A DNA stretch of 57,552 nucleotides from Thermoplasmata archaeon (GCA_035632035.1 DASQHP010000059.1:1-57552), one strand, 5' to 3'; positions 44,705-54,201 are shown, counted from the first letter of the stretch. The notes: a model not told the origin generated them from the sequence alone. A program made the numbers and translations.

Positions 44705-45306
44705 CCCGGTGCGGCGCCGTCCGCGCCACCGCGGTGGAGTTCGAGGATGGTGAGCCGCTCGTCGCCGAGCCAGCGGGAAGCCACCTCGGTGGGATGCTGG
44801 CCGAAGCGTCGGGCACGGGCCAGGAGCTCATCGAGGCCCCGGGCCGATTGACGGGAGGAAACGAGGAGAAATCCGCGGCCCGAGGACGACAGGTGGGCCG
44901 GGATCTCGTCAAACAGCCGGCGGGTGACCGCGAGCCCGTCCGGTCCCCCGTTCAGGGCGAGATCGACCCAGCGGTCCGGGTCTCGGGCGCCCGGAGGGGT
45001 CGGGAGATACGGTGGGTTCGCGACGATCCGATCGAACAACCCGAGGCCGTGGGCGAGGTCGGTCCGGACCACTTCCACGTCGAGCCCCTCCGCGCGGGCT
45101 CGGTCCCGAACGACGCGGAGGGCCCGAGGATTGAGGTCGGTCGATAGGACCCGGGCTCCCGCGCGTGCCGCCGCGAGCGACACCGTTCCCATTCCACAGC
45201 CGATCTCGAGGAATCGAAGCCCCGCTGTCTCCGCGGCGAAGGGCAGGAGGAGGAGCGAGTCCTCGCGCACAGGGTACGTCGACCCGCCGGCCGGTTCCAC
45301 CGTCAT
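44701..45306 (-). CDS. HemK/Mtq2-like SAM-dependent methyltransferase (NPPY motif)
   Basis: EIGCGMGTVS (SAM motif I) and IVANPPYLP. ATG at 45306 gives 201 aa. The longer ORF (to 45999) is antisense shadow. Confidence 0.85.
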   Translation of the reverse strand: MTVEPAGGSTYPVREDSLLLLPFAAETAGLRFLEIGCGMGTVSLAAARAGARVLSTDLNPRALRVVRDRARAEGLDVEVVRTDLAHGLGLFDRIVANPPYLPTPPGARDPDRWVDLALNGGPDGLAVTRRLFDEIPAHLSSSGRGFLLVSSRQSARGLDELLARARRFGQHPTEVASRWLGDERLTILELHRGGADGAAPG

Positions 45307-45393
45307 GCTGTGACATATACCGGCCCGGCCGGGTTCGGGATATCCTTTTCTTCTCGCGGGGCATTTCGAGGATGTTCTGGGAGTTCTCGACCT

Positions 45394-45951
45394 GTGGCTC
45401 GTCGTCTTGCGGCTCCCGTCAAGATTGGCATCACGGGTCTGCCGGGTTCCGGAAAGACCCAGACCCTCTTGCGGATCATCCAGCTGCTCGAACAGGAGGG
45501 CGTGAGCGTCGGCGGAATGGTCACCGAACCGATCGTCGAGAAGAACCGACGCACGGGGTTCCAGATCACGGATTGGCGAACGAAGGAGAAGGCGGTCTTC
45601 GCCCACGAGGGCCTCAAGTCCCGGGTGAAGTCGGGGCGGTACGGGGTGAATCTGGCCGCTCTGGAGGACCTCGGGACGCGGGCGCTCGCCGGTGCGCGGG
45701 AATCGTCCGATGTCATCGTCATCGATGAGGTCGGGAAGATGGAGGTCGAGAGCGACGCGTTCACGAAGAGCGTCATGGACACCCTCGACACGTCGAAGTC
45801 GATCGTCATGACCCTCCACAAGAAGTCGCGAAACCCGCTGCTCCAGGACATTCGCAGGCGGGACGAGCTTCGGCTTCTCGAGGTGACGTCGGTCAACAAG
45901 AACCTCCTCGCGTTCAAGATCGTACGACTCCTCACCGGTCGCAGCCACTGA
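45394..45951 (+). CDS. Nucleoside-triphosphatase THEP1-like (P-loop NTPase)
   Basis: VKIGITGLPGSGKT Walker A close to the N-terminus, and Walker B VIVIDEVGKME. GTG at 45394 is preceded by GGAG. The longest ORF starts at 45310. Confidence 0.85.
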   Translation: MARRLAAPVKIGITGLPGSGKTQTLLRIIQLLEQEGVSVGGMVTEPIVEKNRRTGFQITDWRTKEKAVFAHEGLKSRVKSGRYGVNLAALEDLGTRALAGARESSDVIVIDEVGKMEVESDAFTKSVMDTLDTSKSIVMTLHKKSRNPLLQDIRRRDELRLLEVTSVNKNLLAFKIVRLLTGRSH

Positions 45952-46037
45952 CCGAGCCCACGCTCGCCGGAGAAGGCGCCACCGCGCTCTACCTTCCACC
46001 GGCCGGGACGCACCGCGGCCCCGCGCGGCGCGAGGCA

Positions 46038-47042
46038 GTGTTCTACAATCCGGCGATGGCGCTCGACCGGGACCTCGAGGTGGCGGTCGCCGGACAACTC
46101 GGCCGGATCGGCCGCCATGCCCACCGGGCTTGGGAAATGACGGCCGCGACCGGGGTCCGGGGGCTCCGGTACCTCCACGAGGGACGGGGAGCGGACCGGC
46201 TCCTCGCGACCGAATCGCATCCCGAGGCGTTCGAATGGCTGCGACGCAACTGCGGGCTCTACGAGCGGGAGGGAGCGGAAGCGAGGTGGGCCGACGCGCG
46301 GGCCGGCATGGACGAGGGCCCGTTCGATTTCGTCGACCTCGACCCCTACGGGTCCCCCCTTCCCTTTCTCGGGGCGGCCCTCTCGGCCTGTACGGCCTCC
46401 GCCGTTCTCGCGGTGACGGCGACCGACCTCCGGGTGCTCGGCGGGGCGGACGCTCCGACCGCCGTGGTGCGGTACGGGGGGCGTCCTCCTCGTGGGCGAC
46501 TGGGTCCAGAAGGTGGGCTCCGGGTCCTGCTGGCGGCGGTCGACCGGGCGGCTCGGGCCGGGGGCCGCTCGGTCACCCCGCTGTTGGCGTACGTCGGGGA
46601 CCATCATCTGAGGGTCTACGTGTCGATCGGACCGGAAGGTCCCGACCCTGCGCCGGTCGCACCGATCGATCCCTCCGAATGGACCGGTCCTCCCCTCGCG
46701 GGGCCGGAACCGATCGGGCCCCTGTGGATGGGACCCCTGTTCGACCCCGAGCTCGTACGGGGACTCGCGGTCCCGGCGGGAGCGGCCCATCCCCGGGAGC
46801 TCGGTCGTCTTCTCGACGTGCTGCGGGGTGAGCTCGAGGTCGACCGACCCTTCTTCTACGAGTCGAACGAGATCGCCGCGCGACTCGGTCTCGACCGGCC
46901 CCGCCCGGTGGAAGAGATACTGGCGGCGCTGCGGGCCCACGGGTTCGCGGCCGCTCGCACCCACGCCCGGGCCGGCGCATTCCGGACGACGGCGACGTGG
47001 GCGGAAGTGGCGTCGGTGGTCCAGGGTACCGCCGGTCGCTAG
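46038..47042 (+). CDS. trm1: tRNA (guanine(26)-N2)-dimethyltransferase Trm1
   Basis: VFYNPAMALDRD..., TGVRGLRY, FDFVDLDPYGSP and ATD. 46038 is the first canonical start, but conserved-looking sequence continues upstream (see finding). Confidence 0.88.
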   Translation: MFYNPAMALDRDLEVAVAGQLGRIGRHAHRAWEMTAATGVRGLRYLHEGRGADRLLATESHPEAFEWLRRNCGLYEREGAEARWADARAGMDEGPFDFVDLDPYGSPLPFLGAALSACTASAVLAVTATDLRVLGGADAPTAVVRYGGRPPRGRLGPEGGLRVLLAAVDRAARAGGRSVTPLLAYVGDHHLRVYVSIGPEGPDPAPVAPIDPSEWTGPPLAGPEPIGPLWMGPLFDPELVRGLAVPAGAAHPRELGRLLDVLRGELEVDRPFFYESNEIAARLGLDRPRPVEEILAALRAHGFAAARTHARAGAFRTTATWAEVASVVQGTAGR

Positions 47043-49861
47043 TCCCAGAAGGACCGCGTGCGGGCGTAGCTCCGCTCGGCCTTCAGGATCTCGGTGAGGA
47101 GCTCGGTGTCGTTCCGGTAAAGTCGCGCGAGCAGGCGTCGGGCGGTCTCGGGACCCACCCCCCGCGCGGCCAGGCAGAGGAGGGCCCTCTCGCCATAGTG
47201 CGCGAGGAGCTCCGCGGACGTGTAGGCGGCCCGGACCAGCGGAGGCAGCGTCGGGGGGATTCGCCGGGGAGGTCCCTCGCCCTTCCACTTCCGTTTGGCG
47301 TACTTCTGGATCGCCGTGATCTCGTCGGCTCGGCGGGGCGACAGCACCGCCGAAAGCGCCCCGTGGCAGAGCCGGCACGCCGCCCCTCCGTCGGAGCGGT
47401 ACCGAGCGGCGGTCGTCGTGCGCGTGAACCCGCACCGCAGGCAGACGAGGGTCAGCTCCTCCGCGTTCAGCCGCTCGCCGATCGCCTTCAGGAGCGTCGG
47501 CGGGGGCACGTCGGGGAGCTCTCGCCAGCGCAGTCGAGCGAGCGGTGCGTCGCTGAGCGGCCCGGGCGGAGCGCGGACGACCGCGATCTCGCCCCGGGCG
47601 ATCCGCTCGAGCGCCTCCCGGGCGTGCGGTACATCGTACCGGTCATGGAGCGTCTTCTCGAGCGCTTCTTCGCCGAGGGGTGTATCGCGCGCCTGCTCGA
47701 GCAGCGGCTCGAGCAGCCGAAGGTCCCGGGGGTCGACCGACGGCGGAAGGACTCCGAGCTTGCGGGCGACGGTGAGGAAGACCCATCGGTACTCGAGTCC
47801 CGTCGGCACGAGCCGTTCGAGAAGTCCGTCCAGGGTGTCGGAGGGGATCGCGAGCGCCTGCTCGAGGGTTCCGGGGTCGACCGCGATGGGGAGACCCAGC
47901 ACGAACGCCGTCGGCTCGACGGCGAGGACCTCGACGCGCGCCCCGAGCCGGGCGGTCAGGAGACCCGCGGCGGCGAGGGCCAGCGTTCCATTCGTCCGGG
48001 TGCCGAAGCACGCCCCGAAGACGGCGAGCCGTCCCTGGCCGGTCACGGTGACGGTGCGGTCGGTCGCGACCGGGCCCGCCGACAGCTCGCCCCGCCATCG
48101 CTCTTCCAGACGGAGCCGAGAGTCGGGCGCGATCGGGTACGGCCCGAGGTCGCGCTCGCGGCGCAGTCGTCCGATCTCCTGGGCGACCTCGAAGGGGACC
48201 GGCAGGTCCTCCCCGACCCAGCGGGGCTCCTGCCCGATCTCGGCGACCGCCTCGACCAGAAGCTCGGCGTCGCGGAACTCGACCACCTTCCACGTGCGGC
48301 CGTGGAGGAGGAAGATCAGCTCCGGCTCGGCCATGATCTGGGTCAGAACGAAGCGTTCGTCGAGCGTTCCGATGACGCGCCGCGTGGCGAGGTCGCGGAG
48401 CTTGAACGTCCGTTCGTCGGGAATGAGGGAGAGCGTTGCGTAGAACCGGTGGAGGGTGCCTCGGCCCGAGCGGAGATTCGCCCCGTCGCGTCGCACCGAG
48501 CCGAGCGTCTCGAGGTACTCGACCAGGCGGTCCCACTCGGAGTCGTCCAGCCCGGCGGCCGGCGCGGCCCGGCGGAAGCGGTCGGCCATCGCCCGGAGGT
48601 CCCCGCCCCCCTCGGCCCGGATCTCGGCCAGGATCTGCTGGGCGACCGCGAGACGGTGCCGCGCGCGCCACTGGATCGGCTCGAGCTCGCCGGCCATCGC
48701 GCGGCGGGCGAGCACGGACGCCTCCTCGAGATCCTCCTCGTCCAGGGCGACCACGATCCCCTTCACCTCCCGGTCGAGTCGATGGCCGGACCGCCCGACG
48801 CGCTGGAGGAGACGGCTCGCCTGATGGGGCGACCCGAACTGGATGACCAGGTCGACCATCCCGATGTCGATCCCGAGCTCCAGGGACGACGTGGCGACCA
48901 GGGCCCGGAGCTCACCGGCGCGGAAGCTTCGCTCGGCCTCTTCGCGCATCTCCCGGGAGAGGGAGCCGTGGTGGACCGCGGAAGGGAGGTCGGGGGCGAG
49001 CCGTCGCAGCCGGGCGGCCAACCCCTCGGCGGTCGGCCGGGTGTTGACGAAGATCAGGGTGGACCGATGGCGCCGGACCTCCTCCTCCACGACGCGCAGC
49101 GCGTCCAGGAGTACCGGGTCCGCCCGCAGCTCCGCCACGAGGGCCCGGTCGAGCGGAGGTCGATCCTTGTTCGGAAGCCGAGTCGTGATCGAGATCGTTC
49201 GCGGCTGGCGGGCGACGCGGACCTCGACCGACCGCGGGGCCGGGGAAAGGTAGCGAGCCACGGCGTCGGGGTTGCCGACGGTCGCGGAGAGGCCGATGCG
49301 TCGGACCGGGTGGCCCACGAAGGCGTCCAGGCGCTCCAGCGTGATCATGAGCTGGGCCCCACGGTCGGAGGGGGCGAGTTCGTGGACCTCGTCCACGATG
49401 ACCGTGCGGACGTTGCGAAGCGACTCGCGCAGGCGCTTTCCTACGAGGAGGAGCTGGAGGGTTTCCGGAGTGGTCAGGAGAAGATCGGGGGGACGGCGGG
49501 ACTGCCGGAGCCGGTCCGCGGCCGGCGTATCGCCGTGGCGCACCGCGGCGGTGAGGTGGACCTCGCGCACGAGCGAGACTAGCCGGTGCTCGAGGTCCCG
49601 GTTGAGGGCCCTCAAGGGGGTGACGTAGAGGAGGCTGGTGGGCGGGGACGGGTCTTTGAGCTGTCGCGAGAGGAGAGGAAGAAGAGCCGCCTCCGTTTTT
49701 CCCGTGCCGGTGGGGGAGATCAGCAGCGCGTCGGACGACGTGTGCAGGAGCGGAAGCGCGAGGGTCTGGATCTCCGTGAGCGACTGGATCCCCCGGCGGC
49801 CCATCGCGTCGACCAGGCGACGGTCGAGGCGGCCGAACGCCTCGTCGGAATCCACGGCCAT
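47039..49861 (-). CDS. lhr: Lhr-like large ATP-dependent helicase (DEAD/DEAH superfamily 2)
   Basis: PTGTGKTEAALLP (motif I), VIVDEVHEL (motif II), SAT, helicase C motifs VATSSLELGIDIG and QRVGRSGH. C-terminal CxxC...CxxC zinc element. 940 aa. Confidence 0.92.
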   Translation of the reverse strand: MAVDSDEAFGRLDRRLVDAMGRRGIQSLTEIQTLALPLLHTSSDALLISPTGTGKTEAALLPLLSRQLKDPSPPTSLLYVTPLRALNRDLEHRLVSLVREVHLTAAVRHGDTPAADRLRQSRRPPDLLLTTPETLQLLLVGKRLRESLRNVRTVIVDEVHELAPSDRGAQLMITLERLDAFVGHPVRRIGLSATVGNPDAVARYLSPAPRSVEVRVARQPRTISITTRLPNKDRPPLDRALVAELRADPVLLDALRVVEEEVRRHRSTLIFVNTRPTAEGLAARLRRLAPDLPSAVHHGSLSREMREEAERSFRAGELRALVATSSLELGIDIGMVDLVIQFGSPHQASRLLQRVGRSGHRLDREVKGIVVALDEEDLEEASVLARRAMAGELEPIQWRARHRLAVAQQILAEIRAEGGGDLRAMADRFRRAAPAAGLDDSEWDRLVEYLETLGSVRRDGANLRSGRGTLHRFYATLSLIPDERTFKLRDLATRRVIGTLDERFVLTQIMAEPELIFLLHGRTWKVVEFRDAELLVEAVAEIGQEPRWVGEDLPVPFEVAQEIGRLRRERDLGPYPIAPDSRLRLEERWRGELSAGPVATDRTVTVTGQGRLAVFGACFGTRTNGTLALAAAGLLTARLGARVEVLAVEPTAFVLGLPIAVDPGTLEQALAIPSDTLDGLLERLVPTGLEYRWVFLTVARKLGVLPPSVDPRDLRLLEPLLEQARDTPLGEEALEKTLHDRYDVPHAREALERIARGEIAVVRAPPGPLSDAPLARLRWRELPDVPPPTLLKAIGERLNAEELTLVCLRCGFTRTTTAARYRSDGGAACRLCHGALSAVLSPRRADEITAIQKYAKRKWKGEGPPRRIPPTLPPLVRAAYTSAELLAHYGERALLCLAARGVGPETARRLLARLYRNDTELLTEILKAERSYARTRSFWD

Positions 49862-49897
49862 GGCGGAACCTCGGGTGAGAATCGGGCGATCGCTCGA

Positions 49898-50335
49898 CTA
49901 GGGGTCCGGTCCGGGCTCGAGATCCAGCGTCCGCAACCCCAGGCTCTCGTTCATCGGACGCCCGAAGGTCCTCTCGGGGAACGTCTCGACGTAGACCTCG
50001 GCCAGGACGCCCACGGTCGCCTTCTGCAGATGGCCCCCGTGGAGGGTGTGCCGCCGGTCGGCGAGGCCCACGTGCAGATGGATGGAGGGCGCTCCCTCCA
50101 CCACGGCGATGGACCCGTGGAGGGCGATGAGCTCCATCGGTTCCCCGGTCTCCTTCCACTCGTACTCCCGTCCGTTCCAGTAGCCGACCACGGCGGTGCG
50201 AAGCATTCCGATGCCCGAGACGATGGCCGCCGCCCGGACGTGCTCCTCCTTGGCAAACTCCGTGAGCCGCGGGAACAGTTCATCCCCGTCCTCCAGACGG
50301 AGCATCCACCGGGAGCCGTCGCGCAATCGCTGCAC
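49898..50335 (-). CDS. PPC/DUF296-domain protein (putative DNA-binding)
   Basis: ...RWMLRLEDGDELFPRLTEFAKEEHVRAAAIVSGIGML...LHGSIA...HLHVGLAD fits DUF296. GTG at 50335 or ATG at 50305 as start. The longest ORF (to 50752) is implausible. Confidence 0.75.
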   Translation of the reverse strand: MQRLRDGSRWMLRLEDGDELFPRLTEFAKEEHVRAAAIVSGIGMLRTAVVGYWNGREYEWKETGEPMELIALHGSIAVVEGAPSIHLHVGLADRRHTLHGGHLQKATVGVLAEVYVETFPERTFGRPMNESLGLRTLDLEPGPDP

Positions 50336-50453
50336 GGCCGCCCCACCCGGATCGACCCTATGGGGCTTGCGGCAACGCCCGCCGAGACGACCGTTGCGCG
50401 ACCCTGTCCCCGGGGTAAAGCGTATCCGCCCCGTTCCGATTCGAAACCGAGAG

Positions 50454-51269
50454 ATGGCGGCGACTGGAACGACCGGAGGACTTCCCTGTCCGCCGGAGGA
50501 GATCTCGGAGGAGATCCGGGGGCGCGGCCCCGCGCTCGTGGCCCTCTCGGGGGGGGTCGATTCCGCGGTCGTGGCGCTGCTGGCGCACCGCGCCCTGGGG
50601 CAGGACGCGCTGGCGGCGACGTTGTCCGGACCGGCCGTGAGCCCACCCGAGATCGACCGAGCTCGCGCCGTAGCGCGTTCCATCGGGGTCCGCCACGTCG
50701 TCCTCGAGGTCGACCCGATCGCGGACCCGGAGTATCGGGTCAACCCGTCCAACCGGTGCTACTTCTGTCGTCGCAGCGAGAGCGCCGTCCTCACCGGCTG
50801 GGGGCGGACGCACGGCATTCGTCAGTACTTGGACGGTCTCCAGGTCGACGACCTCTCGGATGACCGCCCGGGGATCGCGGCGATGGACGAGGCGGGGTTT
50901 CTCCATCCTCTCGTCGTGGGGCGATGGCGAAAGTCGGATGTTCGGGCCTTCGCCCGCCGCGCGGGGCTCCCCAACTGGGACCAGCCGAGCGATGCGTGCC
51001 TCGCGTCCCGCGTCCAGCACGGCCAGCCGATATCGGCCGACCTGCTCGGCCGCGTGCATCTCGCCGAGCGCCGGCTCCTCGATCGTGGCTTCCGCCGTGT
51101 GCGGGTCCGCATCGACGGCGCCCGCGCGCGGGTGGTCGTGGAGGCGGAGGCCGTCGCCCGGCTCCTCGCCGAGCCCGTGGCCTCGGAGGTCCACCGCGAG
51201 ATCCTCGAGCTGGGGTTCGAGAACGTCGAGCTCGACCCGCACGGCTACATTCCCCGGGCGGGTGCGTGA
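50454..51269 (+). CDS. PP-loop ATP pyrophosphatase, LarE-like sulfur transferase family
   Basis: LSGGVDSAVVA PP-loop, and cysteines in NRCYFCRR and SDACLASR. 271 aa from the ATG at 50454. Confidence 0.85.
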   Translation: MAATGTTGGLPCPPEEISEEIRGRGPALVALSGGVDSAVVALLAHRALGQDALAATLSGPAVSPPEIDRARAVARSIGVRHVVLEVDPIADPEYRVNPSNRCYFCRRSESAVLTGWGRTHGIRQYLDGLQVDDLSDDRPGIAAMDEAGFLHPLVVGRWRKSDVRAFARRAGLPNWDQPSDACLASRVQHGQPISADLLGRVHLAERRLLDRGFRRVRVRIDGARARVVVEAEAVARLLAEPVASEVHREILELGFENVELDPHGYIPRAGA

Positions 51270-51279
51270 GGTCCCCCCC

Positions 51280-53313
51280 GTGAGCGCCCGCGTCCCCGAG
51301 CCCGCGCTTCCCGGTCGCTTCGAGCTCGAGACCGATCTGGTGCCCCAGGGCGACCAGCCCGCGGCGATCGACGATATCGTGCGCCGGGTCTCGGACGGGG
51401 AAAAGTTCGTCACGCTCCTCGGCGTCACCGGCTCGGGAAAGACGTTCACGATGGCGCACGCGGTCGCTCGACTGCAGCGACCGACGCTGGTCATCTCGCC
51501 CAACAAGACCCTCGCCGCGCAGCTGGTGAGCGAGTTCCGGGCGCTGTTCCCGAACAACGCCGTGGAGTACTTCGTCTCGTACTACGATTACTACCAGCCC
51601 GAGGCGTACGTCCCCCAGGTCGACCTCTACATCGAGAAGGACGCCTCCGTCAACGAGGAGATCGACCGGCTGCGCCACCGCGCCACGCAGGCCCTTCTCA
51701 CGCGGCGGGACACCCTCATCGTCGCTTCGGTGAGCTGCATCTACGGCCTCGGCTCCCCCGAGGACTACCGGGCCCACGTCGTCGAGCTGCGGCGGGGCGC
51801 CGAGATCGCCCGGCAGAAGCTCCTGGGCCAGCTTGTGGCGATGAAGTACGCGCGCAACGATGTCGAGCTCCGGCGGGGCCGGTTCCGCGTCCGGGGCGGG
51901 ACGATCGACCTCATGGGGGCGGGCGAGACGATCCACCGCCTCGTCCTGGACGGGAACCGCCTCGAGTCGATCCTCGAGCTCGACCCCGTGACGCAGGAGG
52001 AGCGGCGGGAGCTGGAGACGCTCACCGTCTTTCCCGCGACCCACTTCCTCACGATCGAGGAGCGGCTCGAGCAGGTGCTCCGCGCCATCGGCGAGGAGAA
52101 GGAGGCGCGCGTCGCCGAGCTCCTACGGCAGGAGAAGGTCGTCGAGGCGCAGCGCCTCAAGAGCCGGACCGAGTACGACATCGAGATGATCCGCGAGACC
52201 GGCTACTGTTCAGGGATCGAGAACTACTCCCGGTACTTCGCCGACCGAAAGCCCGGGGAGGCGCCCTACACGCTGATCGACTTCTTCCCGAAGGACTTCC
52301 TCGTGTTCATCGACGAATCCCACGTCACGATCCCCCAGCTCCAGGGGATGTACAAGGGCGACCGGAGCCGCAAGGACAACCTGGTCGAGTTCGGCTGGCG
52401 GCTCCCGTCGTGCAGGGACAACCGTCCGCTGAAGTTCCCGGAGTTCCTGTCCCGCGTCCACCAGACGGTCTACGTCTCCGCGACGCCGGGGCCGTTCGAG
52501 CGACGGGCCTCTAAGGGCGTCGTCGAGCAGATCATCCGCCCGACCGGGCTCGTGGACCCTCAGATCGAGGTCCGACCGCTCAAGGGTCATATCGCCGACC
52601 TCATCGCCGAGCTCCAGCAGGTGATCGGCCGGGGGGATCGGGCGCTGGTGACGACCCTCACGAAGAGGACCGCCGAGGAGCTCACCAACTACCTCGCCAA
52701 TGCGGGCCTCAAGGTCCGCTATCTGCACTCGGACATCGAGACGCTCAAGCGGATCGAGATCCTCCGCGACCTTCGGCTGGGCCAGTTCGATGTGCTCGTG
52801 GGCATCAATCTCCTCCGGGAGGGCCTCGACCTCCCCGAGGTGAGCCTGGTGGCGATCCTGGACGCGGACAAGGAGGGGTACCTCCGAAGCGAGACGTCCC
52901 TCATCCAGACGTCGGGGCGGGCGAGCCGGAATGTGCAGGGGAAGGTGCTGATGTACGCGGACCGGACGACCGGCTCCATGTCCCGGGCCATCGCCGAGAT
53001 GCAGCGGCGTCGGGAAGCGCAGCTCGCGTTCAACGAAGAGCACGGGATCGTGCCCGCGACGATCCGCAAGGCCATCCGCTCGCTCCTGGCCGAGGGAGAG
53101 GAGGCGCCGAGCGGCGACCTCTCCGTGGAGGGGCTCGGGGCCCGATGGAAGGACCGGCTCCCACTCCTCCTCGCCAACCTCGAGGAGGAGATGCATCTCG
53201 CGAGCGAGCGCTTGGACTTCGAGGAGGCGGCCCGGATCCGCGACAAGATCCGGGCGCTCGAGGAGCGGGCCGGGATCCGCCGCCGCGCCGCCGGGCCGGC
53301 GAGGGCCCGGTAG
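51280..53313 (+). CDS. uvrB: Excinuclease ABC subunit B
   Basis: QGDQPAAI, LLGVTGSGKTFT, DESHVT, YVSATPG, and the C-terminal UVR motif FEEAARIRDKIRALE. Start is GTG at 51280 (or 51262, overlapping the upstream stop). Confidence 0.95.
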   Translation: MSARVPEPALPGRFELETDLVPQGDQPAAIDDIVRRVSDGEKFVTLLGVTGSGKTFTMAHAVARLQRPTLVISPNKTLAAQLVSEFRALFPNNAVEYFVSYYDYYQPEAYVPQVDLYIEKDASVNEEIDRLRHRATQALLTRRDTLIVASVSCIYGLGSPEDYRAHVVELRRGAEIARQKLLGQLVAMKYARNDVELRRGRFRVRGGTIDLMGAGETIHRLVLDGNRLESILELDPVTQEERRELETLTVFPATHFLTIEERLEQVLRAIGEEKEARVAELLRQEKVVEAQRLKSRTEYDIEMIRETGYCSGIENYSRYFADRKPGEAPYTLIDFFPKDFLVFIDESHVTIPQLQGMYKGDRSRKDNLVEFGWRLPSCRDNRPLKFPEFLSRVHQTVYVSATPGPFERRASKGVVEQIIRPTGLVDPQIEVRPLKGHIADLIAELQQVIGRGDRALVTTLTKRTAEELTNYLANAGLKVRYLHSDIETLKRIEILRDLRLGQFDVLVGINLLREGLDLPEVSLVAILDADKEGYLRSETSLIQTSGRASRNVQGKVLMYADRTTGSMSRAIAEMQRRREAQLAFNEEHGIVPATIRKAIRSLLAEGEEAPSGDLSVEGLGARWKDRLPLLLANLEEEMHLASERLDFEEAARIRDKIRALEERAGIRRRAAGPARAR

Positions 53314-53325
53314 TCGGCCGGACCC

Positions 53326-53330
53326 TTTTT
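53326..53330 (+). terminator. Oligo-T tract (T5) downstream of uvrB
   Basis: TTTTT lies 13 nt after the uvrB stop. Oligo-T is the usual archaeal termination signal, and T-runs are rare in this GC-rich sequence. Confidence 0.35.
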
Positions 53331-53364
53331 CCCCCCGGACGGCTCGGACCCACCGGGGTCCGGG

Positions 53365-54201
53365 ATGGGGGGTCCGCGCACCGTGGGGCTCGCCTCGCTC
53401 ATGCGTCGCGGGACCGTGACCGAGATCCTCTTCGTGTTCGAGTGCACGGTCGCAGAGCCGGCGCAGTTGCGGCCGATCGCGGAGCGGCTCGGCCTCACCG
53501 TGCAGGCGGCGAGCCATTCGTTCCGGCGCCTCGCCGAGCGGGGACTGGTGGAGTTCCGGGACGGCCGATACCGGGCGTCCGTGAAGGGGGTCGCCTGGCT
53601 CCACGATGCCCTGGGTCAGCTCACCGCGGACCTGGGCGAACGGGTCGACCGCCTCCACGTGATCCGCTCCTGCCGGGCGCTCGCGCTCGAGGACCTCGCC
53701 CGCGGCGATCCCGCGTCCCTGGAGCTCACCAACGGCGTGCTCGGGGCGCGCCGAGGAAGTGCCGGGCCCTCCCGGGGACGGGTGACCACCGGCGGGCGGA
53801 AGGGGAGCCTGGTCGAGATCGGAGAGCTCGAGGGGATCCTTCCTCTCCCTCGCGGCCGGGTCGAGGTGCTGACGGTCTCTCCCCGGTTGCTGGACGACCC
53901 GCGCGCGCGAGCCGAGCTGCGCCGCCGGCTGGTCGGCTCGAGCGGCATCCTGGCCGCTCCCAGCCTCGAAGCCTTCCATCTCGCCTCCCGCACCACCCAC
54001 CGCCCGATCCTCCGCTTCGGAGTGGGACCCGCCTGTTCGGAAGCCTCCCGCGTCGGCGTCGACTCAACCGTGGTGCTCCTCGAACCCGAGCTCCCGCGGT
54101 TCCTCGAGCAGTTCGTGGGCCCGGACCCGCCGCCCCTATCGGTCCACCGTCTCGACGATGCCCGGACCGGCGGAGCCCGACGCCGGCGCCGTGCTCCCTG
54201 A
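53365..54201 (+). CDS. Winged-helix (MarR-like) domain protein with uncharacterised C-terminal region
   Basis: The N-terminal LRPIAERLGLTVQAASHSFRRLAERGLVEFRDGRY looks like a wHTH recognition helix plus wing. The rest has no motif I can name. Alternative ATG at 53401. Confidence 0.6.
   Translation: MGGPRTVGLASLMRRGTVTEILFVFECTVAEPAQLRPIAERLGLTVQAASHSFRRLAERGLVEFRDGRYRASVKGVAWLHDALGQLTADLGERVDRLHVIRSCRALALEDLARGDPASLELTNGVLGARRGSAGPSRGRVTTGGRKGSLVEIGELEGILPLPRGRVEVLTVSPRLLDDPRARAELRRRLVGSSGILAAPSLEAFHLASRTTHRPILRFGVGPACSEASRVGVDSTVVLLEPELPRFLEQFVGPDPPPLSVHRLDDARTGGARRRRRAP

Noticed and set aside
46997-49582. Other very long ORFs in the track. Examples are 7727-9643(-), 13811-15715(-), 16551-18320(+), 23891-25711(-), 24484-26286(+), 45303-47435(-), 46997-49582(+), 50791-52044(-) and 52210-54000(-).
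   Set aside because: All are codon-aligned antisense frames or alternate frames of genes with strong homology signatures (korA, EF-2, Lhr, UvrB and others). Several cross gene boundaries, and all have Arg/Pro/Gly/Ser-dominated low-complexity translations. They are shadow ORFs of a high-GC genome.
51280-53313. uvrB, a bacterial-type gene, as a sign of a chimeric or bacterial contig or a mobile island.
   Set aside because: The flanks on both sides are typically archaeal, composition looks uniform by eye, and no integrase, transposase or repeat boundaries were seen. UvrABC genes are known in many mesophilic archaea.
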